Source: an uncultured Candidatus Saccharibacteria bacterium (GTDB lineage Bacteria; Patescibacteriota; Saccharimonadia; Saccharimonadales; 2-12-FULL-41-12). From it: 46,775 bases of DNA. Under the pieces are notes generated by a model. That model had not been told where the DNA came from and did no database searches. It saw only the letters and a list, made by a program, of their open reading frames with translations. Shown here in pieces: positions 1 through 8,866 of the stretch. The position numbers and the translations under genes are program-made. The stretch's first letter is position 1. Every line of letters starts with the position of its first letter. Location of the stretch: assembly GCA_964609815.1 (NCBI GenBank), contig CAZSRV010000001.1, forward strand, positions 12,868 to 59,642. Direction: 5' to 3'.

Positions 1-61
1 CATTTGCTAATTTGTCAGACAAAGAACTAAATAAACTCAATCAACTACTCAAGAAGATCTA
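1..61 (+). CDS. 3' end of an unidentified gene entering from the left edge (partial)
   Basis: Frame 2 is open from the window edge and reads FANLSDKELNKLNQLLKKI before TAA at 59-61. It is too short to assign a family. Confidence 0.3.
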
Positions 62-79
62 AGCTAATAGATATTGAAA

Positions 80-1348
80 TTATTCGTGGCGTAAAGCTTC
101 TATTGGGTCTTGGCGGCTGGCTCTAAAGGCTGGAATCAGGCCGGCTAGTAAAGTAACTGCAGAGATAGCAACTATGATTAATAGGGCTACTTTAGGAGTT
201 ATGCTTAGTAGTGATAGACCTTCTATGCCCTTTAAGAAAGTGTTGCCGGCTACTGAATTGACAATGCCTTGAGCGATATAAGCTAGTCCTAATCCTAGTA
301 TGCCACCCCAAAATCCTAGCAAACAAGCTTCTAGAGTAAATAGTCCAAATATAGTTCGTCTTTTAGCACCGACAGCTCTGAACAATCCAATTTCTCTGGT
401 TCGTTCTAGGACAGCCATGAACAAAGTATTAATCACACCTATAACGCTAGCTGCTATAGCTATACCGCTAAAGGCTGCCAGACCATACTGAGCGCCACTA
501 ACAATACTATTCAGGGTGTTATTTATATCGGCCATACTGCTGGCGCTAAAATTATTATCTGAGAGATTTTGCTTGAATTGGGTGTCTGTTATGTCATCTG
601 TTTTACTGGCAAACACGTAGGACACTTGGGCTTGCCCGGTCGCTGATTGTTTTTCACTAATTCGCTTGGCGTCTGGTTGGCTCATGACTACCTGGCTGTC
701 AATTATTGTTGGTTCATAAACTCCTTTTACCGTGAATTCTTCTTCTATTTCTTGACCCTTGGCATCTTTATAGCCGAGCTTAACTTTTTTACCGACTGCA
801 CCGGCACTATCACTGGCGCCCGTTAAGCTGGCAAATTTACGAGAAATATTTATCTGACCAGCATCCTTGCCAAAGTCTAATGACTTACCAAAGGTAATTC
901 GGTTAGGCAAATTCTCTATCTGAACACTAGCCATTATGGTATATTTTTTGCCATCGGCGCTGGTTATGTAGTCAATAGTTGGCGCATAAGGTATCTGAAC
1001 TGACTTAACGCCGTCAATTGATCTGACTTTATCTATATCAGAGTCCTGAAAAATCAGTTGCGAAAAATCAGTACCATTTGTTGACGCTTTATCTGGGTCG
1101 TATTCTTTGGGGGCGGAATTACCAAAACTGGCTGATACTTCAGCGCCTTGCTTGGTAACTTGATACAAGTTAACATCTTTATAATCACCCAGCTGCGAGG
1201 TTATATAGTTTTTTATGCCTTGACCTAACCCTAGGCTCAAAGCCAGCGTAAAAGTACCAATAGATATGGCCACTAGCGTTAGAAAAGTACGCAGTTTAGC
1301 TCGGCGTAGATTGGAGTTGGCGGTCAGTATGATGTCGGTTATTCTCAT
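80..1348 (-). CDS. ABC transporter permease, FtsX/MacB type
   Basis: 422-aa ORF with an N-terminal TM helix, a roughly 250-aa extracytoplasmic domain and a C-terminal multi-TM FtsX-like module. Its start overlaps the stop of the upstream ATPase gene by 4 nt. Confidence 0.85.
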   Translation of the reverse strand: MRITDIILTANSNLRRAKLRTFLTLVAISIGTFTLALSLGLGQGIKNYITSQLGDYKDVNLYQVTKQGAEVSASFGNSAPKEYDPDKASTNGTDFSQLIFQDSDIDKVRSIDGVKSVQIPYAPTIDYITSADGKKYTIMASVQIENLPNRITFGKSLDFGKDAGQINISRKFASLTGASDSAGAVGKKVKLGYKDAKGQEIEEEFTVKGVYEPTIIDSQVVMSQPDAKRISEKQSATGQAQVSYVFASKTDDITDTQFKQNLSDNNFSASSMADINNTLNSIVSGAQYGLAAFSGIAIAASVIGVINTLFMAVLERTREIGLFRAVGAKRRTIFGLFTLEACLLGFWGGILGLGLAYIAQGIVNSVAGNTFLKGIEGLSLLSITPKVALLIIVAISAVTLLAGLIPAFRASRQDPIEALRHE

Positions 1349-2037
1349 TTCTTGGCTCCTTTCTTAGATTTAGACGCTTCATCGCTGATTATCTGGCCGT
1401 CCCTGACGGTAATTATACGGTCACAGCGTTTTGCCAAATCTTCGTCGTGGGTTACCAGTATCAAGGTAGTCTTATTGGTTTTATTTAGCTCAAATAGCAA
1501 ATCTTCTATAACTTTACCGTTTTCGCTATCTAAGTTACCGGTTGGTTCGTCGGCGATTAATATGTTGGGCTGGTTAACTAGCGCTCGGGCAATCGCCACT
1601 CGTTGTTTTTGGCCACCACTTAAGTCTTTGGATCGATTCTTAGTTTTGTCTTTTAGACCAACAGACTCCAGAACTTCTTTACCGCGTTTTTGTCTGGCTT
1701 TACCCCTGACACCATTTAATTTTAGAGGCAGGATAGTATTTTCTAATACATCTACATTGGGTTGCAAAAAGAACTGCTGAAAGACTATGCCAATATTTCT
1801 GGCTCGCCAGTCGTCAGTGTTCATGTCGCGAATATCTTGGCCGTTATAAATAACCTGACCTTTGGTAGGTTTATCTAGACCAATTAGGATATGAATCAAG
1901 GTACTTTTGCCCGAGCCACTTTTACCGATGATGGCATTAGTGGTGCCTGGTTCAAACTTTAAGTTAATATTCTTTAGGGCGGTAAAGGTGTTAGCTTTTT
2001 TGCCGTAAGTTTTATAAATATTCTTTAATTCCAGCAT
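1345..2037 (-). CDS. ABC transporter ATP-binding protein (MacB/LolD-like)
   Basis: Walker A GKSGSGKST, ABC signature LSGGQKQR, Walker B ILIADEPTGNLD and an H-loop VTHD. Confidence 0.93.
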   Translation of the reverse strand: MLELKNIYKTYGKKANTFTALKNINLKFEPGTTNAIIGKSGSGKSTLIHILIGLDKPTKGQVIYNGQDIRDMNTDDWRARNIGIVFQQFFLQPNVDVLENTILPLKLNGVRGKARQKRGKEVLESVGLKDKTKNRSKDLSGGQKQRVAIARALVNQPNILIADEPTGNLDSENGKVIEDLLFELNKTNKTTLILVTHDEDLAKRCDRIITVRDGQIISDEASKSKKGAKK

Positions 2038-2084
2038 ACTAATATCTTAACATTAACTAGTTAATCTAAACTAATAGAAGTTTG

Positions 2085-2118
2085 CATAAAAAGAAAAAAC
2101 CCCGTCATGTTGACGAGG
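2085..2118 (-). terminator. Rho-independent terminator downstream of the tmRNA
   Basis: The minus strand reads CCTCGTCA-ACA-TGACGGGG (8-bp stem including one G-U pair) followed by TTTTTTCTTTTT. Confidence 0.6.
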
Positions 2119-2127
2119 TACTTTCTT

Positions 2128-2522
2128 TGGTGGAGTTGGCGGGTTCTGCCCCCGCGTCCATCGGTTTACGTTGATTAGCAGTCTACGTGTGTATTCCGTT
2201 TAGGATCTTATCCTCCAGGGTCAACAAACGGACAAAACCCATAGAGGGGCAACTCCCTAAAGTCTTAGGCAAAATATAGGAGAGTGGCTATATCTCACAG
2301 CAACCAAAAATATGGCGCGATTTTACTCTATTGGTGTCAAGTAAATCACGGCAAGTAGACTAAGCTACTGCTGGTGCTAGGCTGAAATTGCTTCTCTGAA
2401 ATAGATTAGCTACAGCTTCGCGAACAGATGTTTTTGCATCTATTTTTATTCCCGTATAACGCTCAGGAAGCGACACGCGTACTAATCTGTAAAGGTCCAA
2501 TGTCGAGCTTAAAATCAACCCC
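2128..2522 (-). ncRNA. ssrA: tmRNA (transfer-messenger RNA)
   Basis: The minus strand starts GGGGTTGATTTTAAGCTCGACATTGG and ends GACGCGGGGGCAGAACCCGCCAACTCCACCA. It has a 7-bp acceptor stem GGGGTTG/CAACTCC with a G3:U pair, a 5-bp T stem GCGGG/CCCGC with a 7-nt loop, and an encoded CCA. After AAAAATAGAT an internal frame resumes at GCA and encodes AKTSVREAVANLFQRSNFSLAPAVA followed by TAG. Confidence 0.85.
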
Positions 2523-2532
2523 ATATATTTAC

Positions 2533-2561
2533 ATTATACCACTTATGTCAATATTATGCAA
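2533..2561 (-). promoter_or_regulatory. Putative sigma-70-type promoter of ssrA
   Basis: The minus strand has TTGCAT, a 17-nt spacer and TGG-TATAAT (extended -10). The -10 ends 10 nt before the mature 5' GGGG. Confidence 0.45.
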
Positions 2562-2633
2562 AGGCCTTGAGGAAAATGATAAAAATAATGTTCATGCTTG
2601 ATTTCTTAGTTCAAAAGCCTGATATTAATATTC

Positions 2634-3113
2634 ATGGAAAGTCAACTGTGTGGACGCATAGAGAATGATACTTTAATGAGAACCAGCTTCATGGTGTTCA
2701 GATTTTTAGGTGATGAGATTGTGGTTATGTCAGAAGTTGAGCGGAATATAGGGGACTGTGGTAAATTTAATTTTTTCCATCAAGCGCGCTACAAGGATGT
2801 AGAACATGACAATGGCAGTTTGGAATATAGACCATTTTTTCCTGATATACAAAATATAACTAATGACATGAAAATCAATGGTATCTCTGTAAATATGGAG
2901 GGCACCTTGACAGATGGAATTATAGAAGAGTTAGAAGTGTACAAGGTTGATAATCGAGATTACTGGGGTCTAGTCGCCGACTCTATGATTAGACACTTAA
3001 GAGATGTGCGTGATACTAGAGGAGTTGTGGTCGATAGCTATATATCCAGCAAAGTTCAAAAATTACCAGATCATATTGTAGTTGATGATTTTTTTAATTC
3101 TAATACGACTTAA
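2634..3113 (+). CDS. Hypothetical protein
   Basis: 159-aa ORF with no recognisable motif. The start is uncertain because there are internal Met codons at residues 15, 20 and 32. Confidence 0.5.
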   Translation: MESQLCGRIENDTLMRTSFMVFRFLGDEIVVMSEVERNIGDCGKFNFFHQARYKDVEHDNGSLEYRPFFPDIQNITNDMKINGISVNMEGTLTDGIIEELEVYKVDNRDYWGLVADSMIRHLRDVRDTRGVVVDSYISSKVQKLPDHIVVDDFFNSNTT

Positions 3114-3123
3114 GATGCTATAA

Positions 3124-4200
3124 TTGAATCCAATGTCTAAAAATAATAAGAGTTCGCTATTTCGTATCTATGCGTTATCTACAGCTATATCGTTAATTCT
3201 AATTGTATTTGTTGGTTTTAAACTTGGTATAGCTGCTTTATTTTTGACTCTTGTTTTGGTTGCTCTAGAAGTTACCTTTAGTGTTGATAACGCTGTAGTT
3301 AACGCTCGGATTCTAGAAAAAATGTCAGCTGGTTGGCAAAGAGCGTTTTTGACGATCGGAATTTTGATTGCTGTGTTTGGTGTAAGAGTTATATTGCCGT
3401 TAGCTATTGTGTCTGGATTGTCTGGTATGACAATGTCTGATGTCCTAAATTTGGCACTTAACGACCCAGAAACATACGGCCACAAACTAGAAGAAGCCCA
3501 TCCGATTATTGCTTCATTTGGTGGCATGTTCCTTATGATGATATTTTTGGACTTTTTCTTTAAGGAGCGTAAAATTAAATGGCTCAAGAGAGTTGAGTCT
3601 ATCCTGGCGGGTGCTGGCAAGTTGCAAAATATGAGCATTATTATAGCTAGCACAATATTATTGACATTTAGCAGCTTCTTCCCTAGTAAGGAGCATCTGG
3701 AAGTAATGACAGCTGGGTTTTTTGGTCTGTTAACATACTTGATAATTGTGTCATTTGACACGCTGTTACATAAAACTGGAGTAGAGGATAATTTGAACAA
3801 TAAGTCCTCTAAAAAATCCTCAGCCAAAGCATTTAGGGCCGGTTTAATTGGCTTTATATACCTCATGATAGTTGACGCTAGCTTCAGTCTTGACGGTGTG
3901 ATTGGAGCGTTTGCTATCACTAGTCAAATTCTAATCATCGCAATTGGCCTAGGTATTGGCGCGCTGTATGTCAGGGTAATCACCGTTCATATGCTTCGCC
4001 ATGGTGTTTTGGATCAATATCGCTATTTAGAGCACGGCGCTCACTACGCTATAGGTGTGTTAGCTATTTTGTTATTTGTGTCGTTAAAGGTTCATATACC
4101 TGAAGTAGCCACTGGTTTGGCCGGTATGTTGTTCGTGATTACTGCAATTGTACAGTCTTATTTGGAGCTAAAGCGTGGACAACGACGAAAGCCAGCTTAA
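3124..4200 (+). CDS. Integral membrane protein, TerC/DUF475-like
   Basis: 358-aa polytopic ORF. The FSVDNAVVNA motif and the repeated helix pattern are typical of TerC-superfamily/DUF475 proteins. Confidence 0.7.
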   Translation: MNPMSKNNKSSLFRIYALSTAISLILIVFVGFKLGIAALFLTLVLVALEVTFSVDNAVVNARILEKMSAGWQRAFLTIGILIAVFGVRVILPLAIVSGLSGMTMSDVLNLALNDPETYGHKLEEAHPIIASFGGMFLMMIFLDFFFKERKIKWLKRVESILAGAGKLQNMSIIIASTILLTFSSFFPSKEHLEVMTAGFFGLLTYLIIVSFDTLLHKTGVEDNLNNKSSKKSSAKAFRAGLIGFIYLMIVDASFSLDGVIGAFAITSQILIIAIGLGIGALYVRVITVHMLRHGVLDQYRYLEHGAHYAIGVLAILLFVSLKVHIPEVATGLAGMLFVITAIVQSYLELKRGQRRKPA

Positions 4201-4213
4201 GTGTGCAGGTAAA

Positions 4214-4342
4214 TTGACCTTTAACTCCGAAGGGGAGGCTAAGAAGTCGGCTACAGCTATAGAGCATCAAAGGGGCATTAAACTGACTGCTTATTTATGT
4301 AATGATTGTGACCTCTGGCATTTATCTAGTAAAGTTTGGTAA
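4214..4342 (+). CDS. Possible small CxxC protein (42 aa, TTG start)
   Basis: An ORF absent from the supplied track. It reads (M)TFNSEGEAKKSATAIEHQRGIKLTAYLCNDCDLWHLSSKVW with a weak AGG 4 nt upstream. It is supported only by the open frame and the Y-x-C-x-x-C-x-x-WH-L-S-S ending. Confidence 0.3.
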   Translation: MTFNSEGEAKKSATAIEHQRGIKLTAYLCNDCDLWHLSSKVW

Positions 4343-4352
4343 GCTATAGGAT

Positions 4353-5819
4353 ATGAGTTCAAAGAAAAATTATTATGTTACAACGTCTATTGCTTATATA
4401 AATGGCGAGCCTCATCTAGGGCACGCTATGGAGTATGTAATGGCCGATGTACTAGCGCGGGCGTCTAGGCAGGCTGGACAGAATGTTATGTTTAGTATCG
4501 GTACAGACGAGCATGGCGGCAAAGTAGCTGAAAAGGCTGCCGAGCTAAACAAAGATCCCCAAAGTCTAGCCGATGAAATGAGCGCTAAATTTAGGGATTT
4601 AGCTAAAAATCTTTATATTAGTAACACTAGGTTTATTCGTACAACCGACAAGGGACATATGCAGCGCGCTCAGCTGGTCTGGAAGGCACTAGATAGTTAC
4701 ATTTACAAAAATAACTATGAAGGTTGGTATTGTACTGGTTGTGAGGAATTTGTAACAGATTCTGTAGTAAAAGAGCGAGGTGGTACCTGCCCGTATCATA
4801 ACCGTCCATATGAAAAGATAAACGAAGAAAATTACTTCTTTAAGCTTAGCCAATTTTCTGATGAAATTTCCGATAAAATTACCAAAGACGAACTTAGAGT
4901 GATCCCGACCACCCGAAAAAATGAAATACTGCAAGTTCTAAAAAAAGGCCTAGAAGATATCAGTATCTCTAGGCCTAAAGAAAAAATTGCTTGGGGTATA
5001 CCGGTGCCGGGTGATGATAAGCAGGTAATGTATGTTTGGTTTGAAGCCCTGATGAATTATCTGACCGTTCTGGGTTACCCAGAACATGCTGATTTCAAGA
5101 ACTTTTGGCCGGCTGATGTGCAGGTTATAGGCAAGGATATTTTGCGGTTTCATGCAGCTATCTGGCCGGGAATGTTACTGGCGTTAGGTTTACCACTGCC
5201 AAAAACTGTTTATGCCCATGGTTTTATCACTAGCGGTGGTCAAAAAATGAGTAAATCGCTGGGCAATTCGGTTGCTCCAGAAGAAATTATTAATAAATAC
5301 AGCGCCGATGTGTTCCGCTACTATTTCCTCAGGCATATACCTAGTTATGACGATGGTGACTTTACATGGCAACGCCTAGAAGAAGTTTATAATACAGAAT
5401 TAGCTAATGAGCTAGGCAATGCTGTTAACCGTACTTCGGCCATGATCAATAAATACCAAAGAGGAGTTATTGGTGATATTCCTGGGTCCAAGCACGATTC
5501 TGCTCAGTACTATGAAGCTTTAGCCGATTGTCGCTTTGACAGAGCTTTAGAAGAAGTTTGGGAACAGGTCAGGGGGTTAAATCAGTATATTGACGAACAA
5601 AAACCCTGGTCTTTGGCCAAAGATGGAGACGAAGAGCATCTAAGAGAGGTTTTGGCTTATATGACTAGTTGTTTACTGGAGATAAGTAATTTGTTAGAAC
5701 CATTTATGCCTGATACGGCTGCTAAAATTCATTACATCTATGAGTCAGGGATTATTAAGCCAATAGAGGGTACTTTATTCCCCAAGCATGAAACGGCTGC
5801 AGCCACAACGACACCTTAG
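4353..5819 (+). CDS. metG: Methionine--tRNA ligase (short form without C-terminal tRNA-binding appendix)
   Basis: HIGH motif (PHLGHA), KMSKS motif (QKMSKSLGN) and a zinc knuckle CTGCEEF...CPYHN. Confidence 0.95.
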   Translation: MSSKKNYYVTTSIAYINGEPHLGHAMEYVMADVLARASRQAGQNVMFSIGTDEHGGKVAEKAAELNKDPQSLADEMSAKFRDLAKNLYISNTRFIRTTDKGHMQRAQLVWKALDSYIYKNNYEGWYCTGCEEFVTDSVVKERGGTCPYHNRPYEKINEENYFFKLSQFSDEISDKITKDELRVIPTTRKNEILQVLKKGLEDISISRPKEKIAWGIPVPGDDKQVMYVWFEALMNYLTVLGYPEHADFKNFWPADVQVIGKDILRFHAAIWPGMLLALGLPLPKTVYAHGFITSGGQKMSKSLGNSVAPEEIINKYSADVFRYYFLRHIPSYDDGDFTWQRLEEVYNTELANELGNAVNRTSAMINKYQRGVIGDIPGSKHDSAQYYEALADCRFDRALEEVWEQVRGLNQYIDEQKPWSLAKDGDEEHLREVLAYMTSCLLEISNLLEPFMPDTAAKIHYIYESGIIKPIEGTLFPKHETAAATTTP

Positions 5820-5832
5820 GGATGGTTAGAAT

Positions 5833-6621
5833 TTGCAAGACGATATACAGTTAACCGACACACATTGCCATATTCAGTTTAGTGATTATGGTTTAGATGC
5901 CGATGAAGTTTGGCAAGAGGCTATAGATAGTGGTGTGACTAGAATGATGGTGGTTGGCTGTGACAAGAAATCATCGCGTGAAGCCGTGCAGTTTGCCAGC
6001 AACCACGATGGTGTTTGGGCAGTAGTTGGAGTTCATCCGCATTATGCCAGTCAGTTTTTGGCTACAGAAGATCCTATCAATCAGTTAAATGCTATGCTAC
6101 AGAACATTAAAAAAGATAAAGTAGTGGCTATCGGTGAGTTTGGGCTAGACTATTCACGTCCTGGTGCCGATAAAGAGGCCCAAAAAACGTTATGTCGTCT
6201 GCATTTGGATCTGGCCAAAGAATATGATTTGCCAGTTATGTTACATATTCGTGATGCTTTTAGTGATTTTTGGCCGATTTTTGACGAATATCAGGGTCTA
6301 AGAGGCGTAGTTCATTGTTTTACGGCCCACACGCCAGAACTGGAAGAAGCTTTGTCCAGGGGTTTGTATGTAGCTCTAAATGGCATAATGACCTTTACTA
6401 GTGATGAGGAGCAACTAAAGGCAGCCAAAAAAGTTCCCCTAGATAGATTATTACTAGAAACAGATGCACCCTACTTGACTCCAAAGCCGTTTCGTGGTAA
6501 GATATGTAAGCCTAGTCATACTAGGCAAACTGCAGAGTTCCTAGCTTCACTTCGGGGTGAGGATTTGCAGAAATTGTCGCAATTTACTACAAATAATGCT
6601 ACAATACTATTTGACTTATAA
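5833..6621 (+). CDS. tatD: TatD-family metal-dependent hydrolase/DNase
   Basis: TTG start. N-terminal DTHCH metal motif, GEFGLDY, and a C-terminal LLLETDAPYLTP. Confidence 0.85.
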   Translation: MQDDIQLTDTHCHIQFSDYGLDADEVWQEAIDSGVTRMMVVGCDKKSSREAVQFASNHDGVWAVVGVHPHYASQFLATEDPINQLNAMLQNIKKDKVVAIGEFGLDYSRPGADKEAQKTLCRLHLDLAKEYDLPVMLHIRDAFSDFWPIFDEYQGLRGVVHCFTAHTPELEEALSRGLYVALNGIMTFTSDEEQLKAAKKVPLDRLLLETDAPYLTPKPFRGKICKPSHTRQTAEFLASLRGEDLQKLSQFTTNNATILFDL

Positions 6622-6637
6622 TCTAGACGAGGTAAGA

Positions 6638-7060
6638 ATGTCTTTTAACCCACTCAGTATCATAGAAGTACTCTCTGTTAAACCAGAGGCTAGTTCAGTG
6701 CGTACTGAGCTTGATCCTGTAGAACGAGGCAGATTAAGAGTTGTGAGCGACGCTGTAGAGAACTTGGTGGTGTCCGTTGATAATTCTGTAACTGTAGTGC
6801 CTACTGAGGCATCTAAATCACCGGTTATTAAATATAGTATTGAATCTGTTAACTCACAGCCGACTATGGCAGAATCAACAGTGATAGAAAAGACTAAGAT
6901 AGTAACAAAGAATACAGCTAATACTGTAGTTGAATCAACTAGCGATATATTGGCTGATGCTAGGCAACGAATTGATGGCATCTTTGCCGAAGGCGATATA
7001 CAGCAACAGCAGAACGTGACTGAGTATATTAACTATTTGTCGTCTACAAACGAGGTTTAA
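6638..7060 (+). CDS. Hypothetical protein (Ser/Thr/Val-rich)
   Basis: The ATG at 6638 follows GAGG and avoids overlapping tatD. The longer track ORF from 6557 overlaps tatD by 65 nt. Confidence 0.5.
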   Translation: MSFNPLSIIEVLSVKPEASSVRTELDPVERGRLRVVSDAVENLVVSVDNSVTVVPTEASKSPVIKYSIESVNSQPTMAESTVIEKTKIVTKNTANTVVESTSDILADARQRIDGIFAEGDIQQQQNVTEYINYLSSTNEV

Positions 7061-7063
7061 ACA

Positions 7064-7438
7064 GTGGCAGTTATAAAGAAAATTCTGGGGCTGGATGGTC
7101 CTGGTAATGATGCCGAAAAAGCCGCTCGTGAATATCGCGACCTGATGCGTAAAGAAGCCAAGATTGGCGGTGAGTTGTTTGGGCCACTACCCAAAGGTCA
7201 TCGCAGAGAATTTTTTGCATTAGACGAGCATACTTGGATTTGGCACGAAGAATCCAAGGATCCTCTTGGTCAAACTGTTGTAAAAACTACTAGATATGAT
7301 GTTCGTCCTAGTGGAATTGTTAAGTCTCAAGATAACAAGCACTACCAAAAAGTTAGCGATCAAGAAGCTTTAAGGCTCAAAAAGGCCGTAAAACTTTACC
7401 GCAAGCGCGTAAGTCATCAGCTGTACAATGACCAATAA
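7064..7438 (+). CDS. Hypothetical protein, 124 aa, basic
   Basis: GTG-start ORF tightly packed between neighbours. No motif recognised. Confidence 0.55.
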   Translation: MAVIKKILGLDGPGNDAEKAAREYRDLMRKEAKIGGELFGPLPKGHRREFFALDEHTWIWHEESKDPLGQTVVKTTRYDVRPSGIVKSQDNKHYQKVSDQEALRLKKAVKLYRKRVSHQLYNDQ

Positions 7439-8576
7439 GCTAGCTGGTTACTATGACTATGCAGCTGCTACTCCGCTAGATGAAGCTGTGTTGGCGGTTA
7501 TGACGCCATATTTTACAGGTAAATTTTATAATCCATCTGCTTTGTATCAGTCGGCTCGGCGAGTTAAGGCTGATATCAAGCAAGCTCGGGAGCTGGTTGC
7601 TTCATGTCTGGGCGCACGCGCTCCAGAGATTATCTTTGTGAGTGATGTTAGTGAGGCTAATAATTTGGCCATAAAAGGCGTTATGGATCAGTATGACGGT
7701 GCTAATATGATTATTTCGGCCCTAGAACATAGCTCGGTCATACAGGCAGCTGGTAATTATAATGTTAAAGTTTGTCCAGTGACTGCCAGTGGTATTACTG
7801 ATTTGGATGCTCTGAGCCAGCTGATAGATGACCAGACGGTGCTAATCAGTATAATGATGGCTAGTAATGAGATCGGTACTATTCAGCCACTACGAAAGAT
7901 TAGTGAGCTGGTAGCCAAGGTGCGCGTTAACCGCCACAATAGTGGCAATAAGCTACCGCTGTATCTTCATACTGATGCAGCACAAGGAGTGAATTACTTG
8001 GATATTCATACGTCTAGGCTGGGTGTGGATTTGTTATCTTTGGGCGGTGGCAAGATTTATGGTCCGCGCGACTGTGGAGTTCTGTTTGTGAAGGCTGGTG
8101 TGGTTCTGAAACCGCTCATTAGCGGCGGGCATCAAGAATACGGCGTGCGCTCTGGCACCGAAAATACGCCAGGGATTATCGGTCTGGCAAAGGCTATGGA
8201 GCTAGCTGAGAGACGCAGAGGTGGTGAGGTTAAGCGTCTGACAGATTTACGCACAGAGTTAGCGGAGGGCCTGGCTGGCTTGGGGGCCGAGTATCAGATA
8301 AACGGTAGCCTAAAGGCTCGCTTGCCTAACAACCTAAACGTGACGTTCTTTGGCCAAGACAACGAGCGACTGATGATATTGCTGGACAATGCTGGGTTTT
8401 TGGTAGCGACAGGCTCGGCCTGCAACGCCAGTGACCAAGAAGCCTCAGCCGTACTGATGGCCTTGGGGTTATCAGAGGCCGATGCCCGCAGTTCGCTCAG
8501 GTTCAGCATGGGTCGCTATACTACCGACGCCGACGTAAATGCCTTACTATCAGCCCTAAAAACCATACTTGCTTAA
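7428..8576 (+). CDS. Cysteine desulfurase (class V aminotransferase, NifS/IscS-like)
   Basis: PLP-lysine region GGGKIYGPRDCGVLFV, catalytic loop ATGSACNAS and RFSMGRYTT near the C-terminus. Confidence 0.85.
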   Translation: MTNKLAGYYDYAAATPLDEAVLAVMTPYFTGKFYNPSALYQSARRVKADIKQARELVASCLGARAPEIIFVSDVSEANNLAIKGVMDQYDGANMIISALEHSSVIQAAGNYNVKVCPVTASGITDLDALSQLIDDQTVLISIMMASNEIGTIQPLRKISELVAKVRVNRHNSGNKLPLYLHTDAAQGVNYLDIHTSRLGVDLLSLGGGKIYGPRDCGVLFVKAGVVLKPLISGGHQEYGVRSGTENTPGIIGLAKAMELAERRRGGEVKRLTDLRTELAEGLAGLGAEYQINGSLKARLPNNLNVTFFGQDNERLMILLDNAGFLVATGSACNASDQEASAVLMALGLSEADARSSLRFSMGRYTTDADVNALLSALKTILA

Positions 8577-8607
8577 AGACTAATAAAGGCTCCTGACACT
8601 TTTAGTG

Positions 8608-8636
8608 TTGACCGATAAACAATTACGAACTAAAAT
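8608..8636 (+). promoter_or_regulatory. Putative promoter of the peptide / AsnB-like pair
   Basis: TTGACC, a 17-nt spacer and TAAAAT, about 36 nt upstream of the AGGAGG Shine-Dalgarno sequence. Confidence 0.4.
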
Positions 8637-8672
8637 TATAATTACAATAATAGTTTGTCAAGGAGGTCTCTA

Positions 8673-8861
8673 ATGTCAATAGAATTATTAGATCTAAAAC
8701 AAGAGCAAATAAGTGAAGATTTTGACCAAAAGTTTGCAGATGCAGTAGAGCTTTTAGATTCAGGCAGTGAAGTTCTAGGTACGAAAGAATTGATAGATCT
8801 AGAAAAATCCCCAGTCGTTAAAGCAGCTGGCGTTAGCGATCAAGGCTATAGATTCAATTAA
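8673..8861 (+). CDS. Small bipartite peptide (62 aa), candidate modified-peptide precursor
   Basis: AGGAGG lies 6 nt upstream of the ATG at 8673. Residues 1-45 contain 13 Asp/Glu, and the C-terminal 17 residues SPVVKAAGVSDQGYRFN are neutral to basic. The stop is 5 nt before the next gene. Confidence 0.55.
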   Translation: MSIELLDLKQEQISEDFDQKFADAVELLDSGSEVLGTKELIDLEKSPVVKAAGVSDQGYRFN

Positions 8862-8866
8862 GATAA

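Noticed and set aside
2634-3113. Genomic island integrated at the tmRNA gene.
   Set aside because: Islands integrate at the 3' end of ssrA and leave a duplicated 3' fragment plus an integrase. Here the 3' end abuts the ABC operon with a normal terminator. The orphan ORF lies on the promoter side, and no integrase or ssrA 3' repeat was seen.
3168-3920. 250-aa ORF antisense to the TerC/DUF475-like gene. Similar antisense ORFs occur inside metG, atpD, alaS, ftsA, the 563-aa gene and uvrA.
   Set aside because: Each lies fully inside a sense gene with strong family motifs. Their translations are low-complexity or Ile/Leu/Ser-rich with no motifs, so they are shadow ORFs.
6557-6637. Longer version of the 6638-7060 ORF, and the 121-aa antisense ORF 6616-6981.
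   Set aside because: The extension overlaps tatD by 65 nt and reads as Cys/Arg/Asn-rich noise. The ATG at 6638 follows a GAGG. The antisense frame is open only because of the Ser/Thr/Val codon bias.
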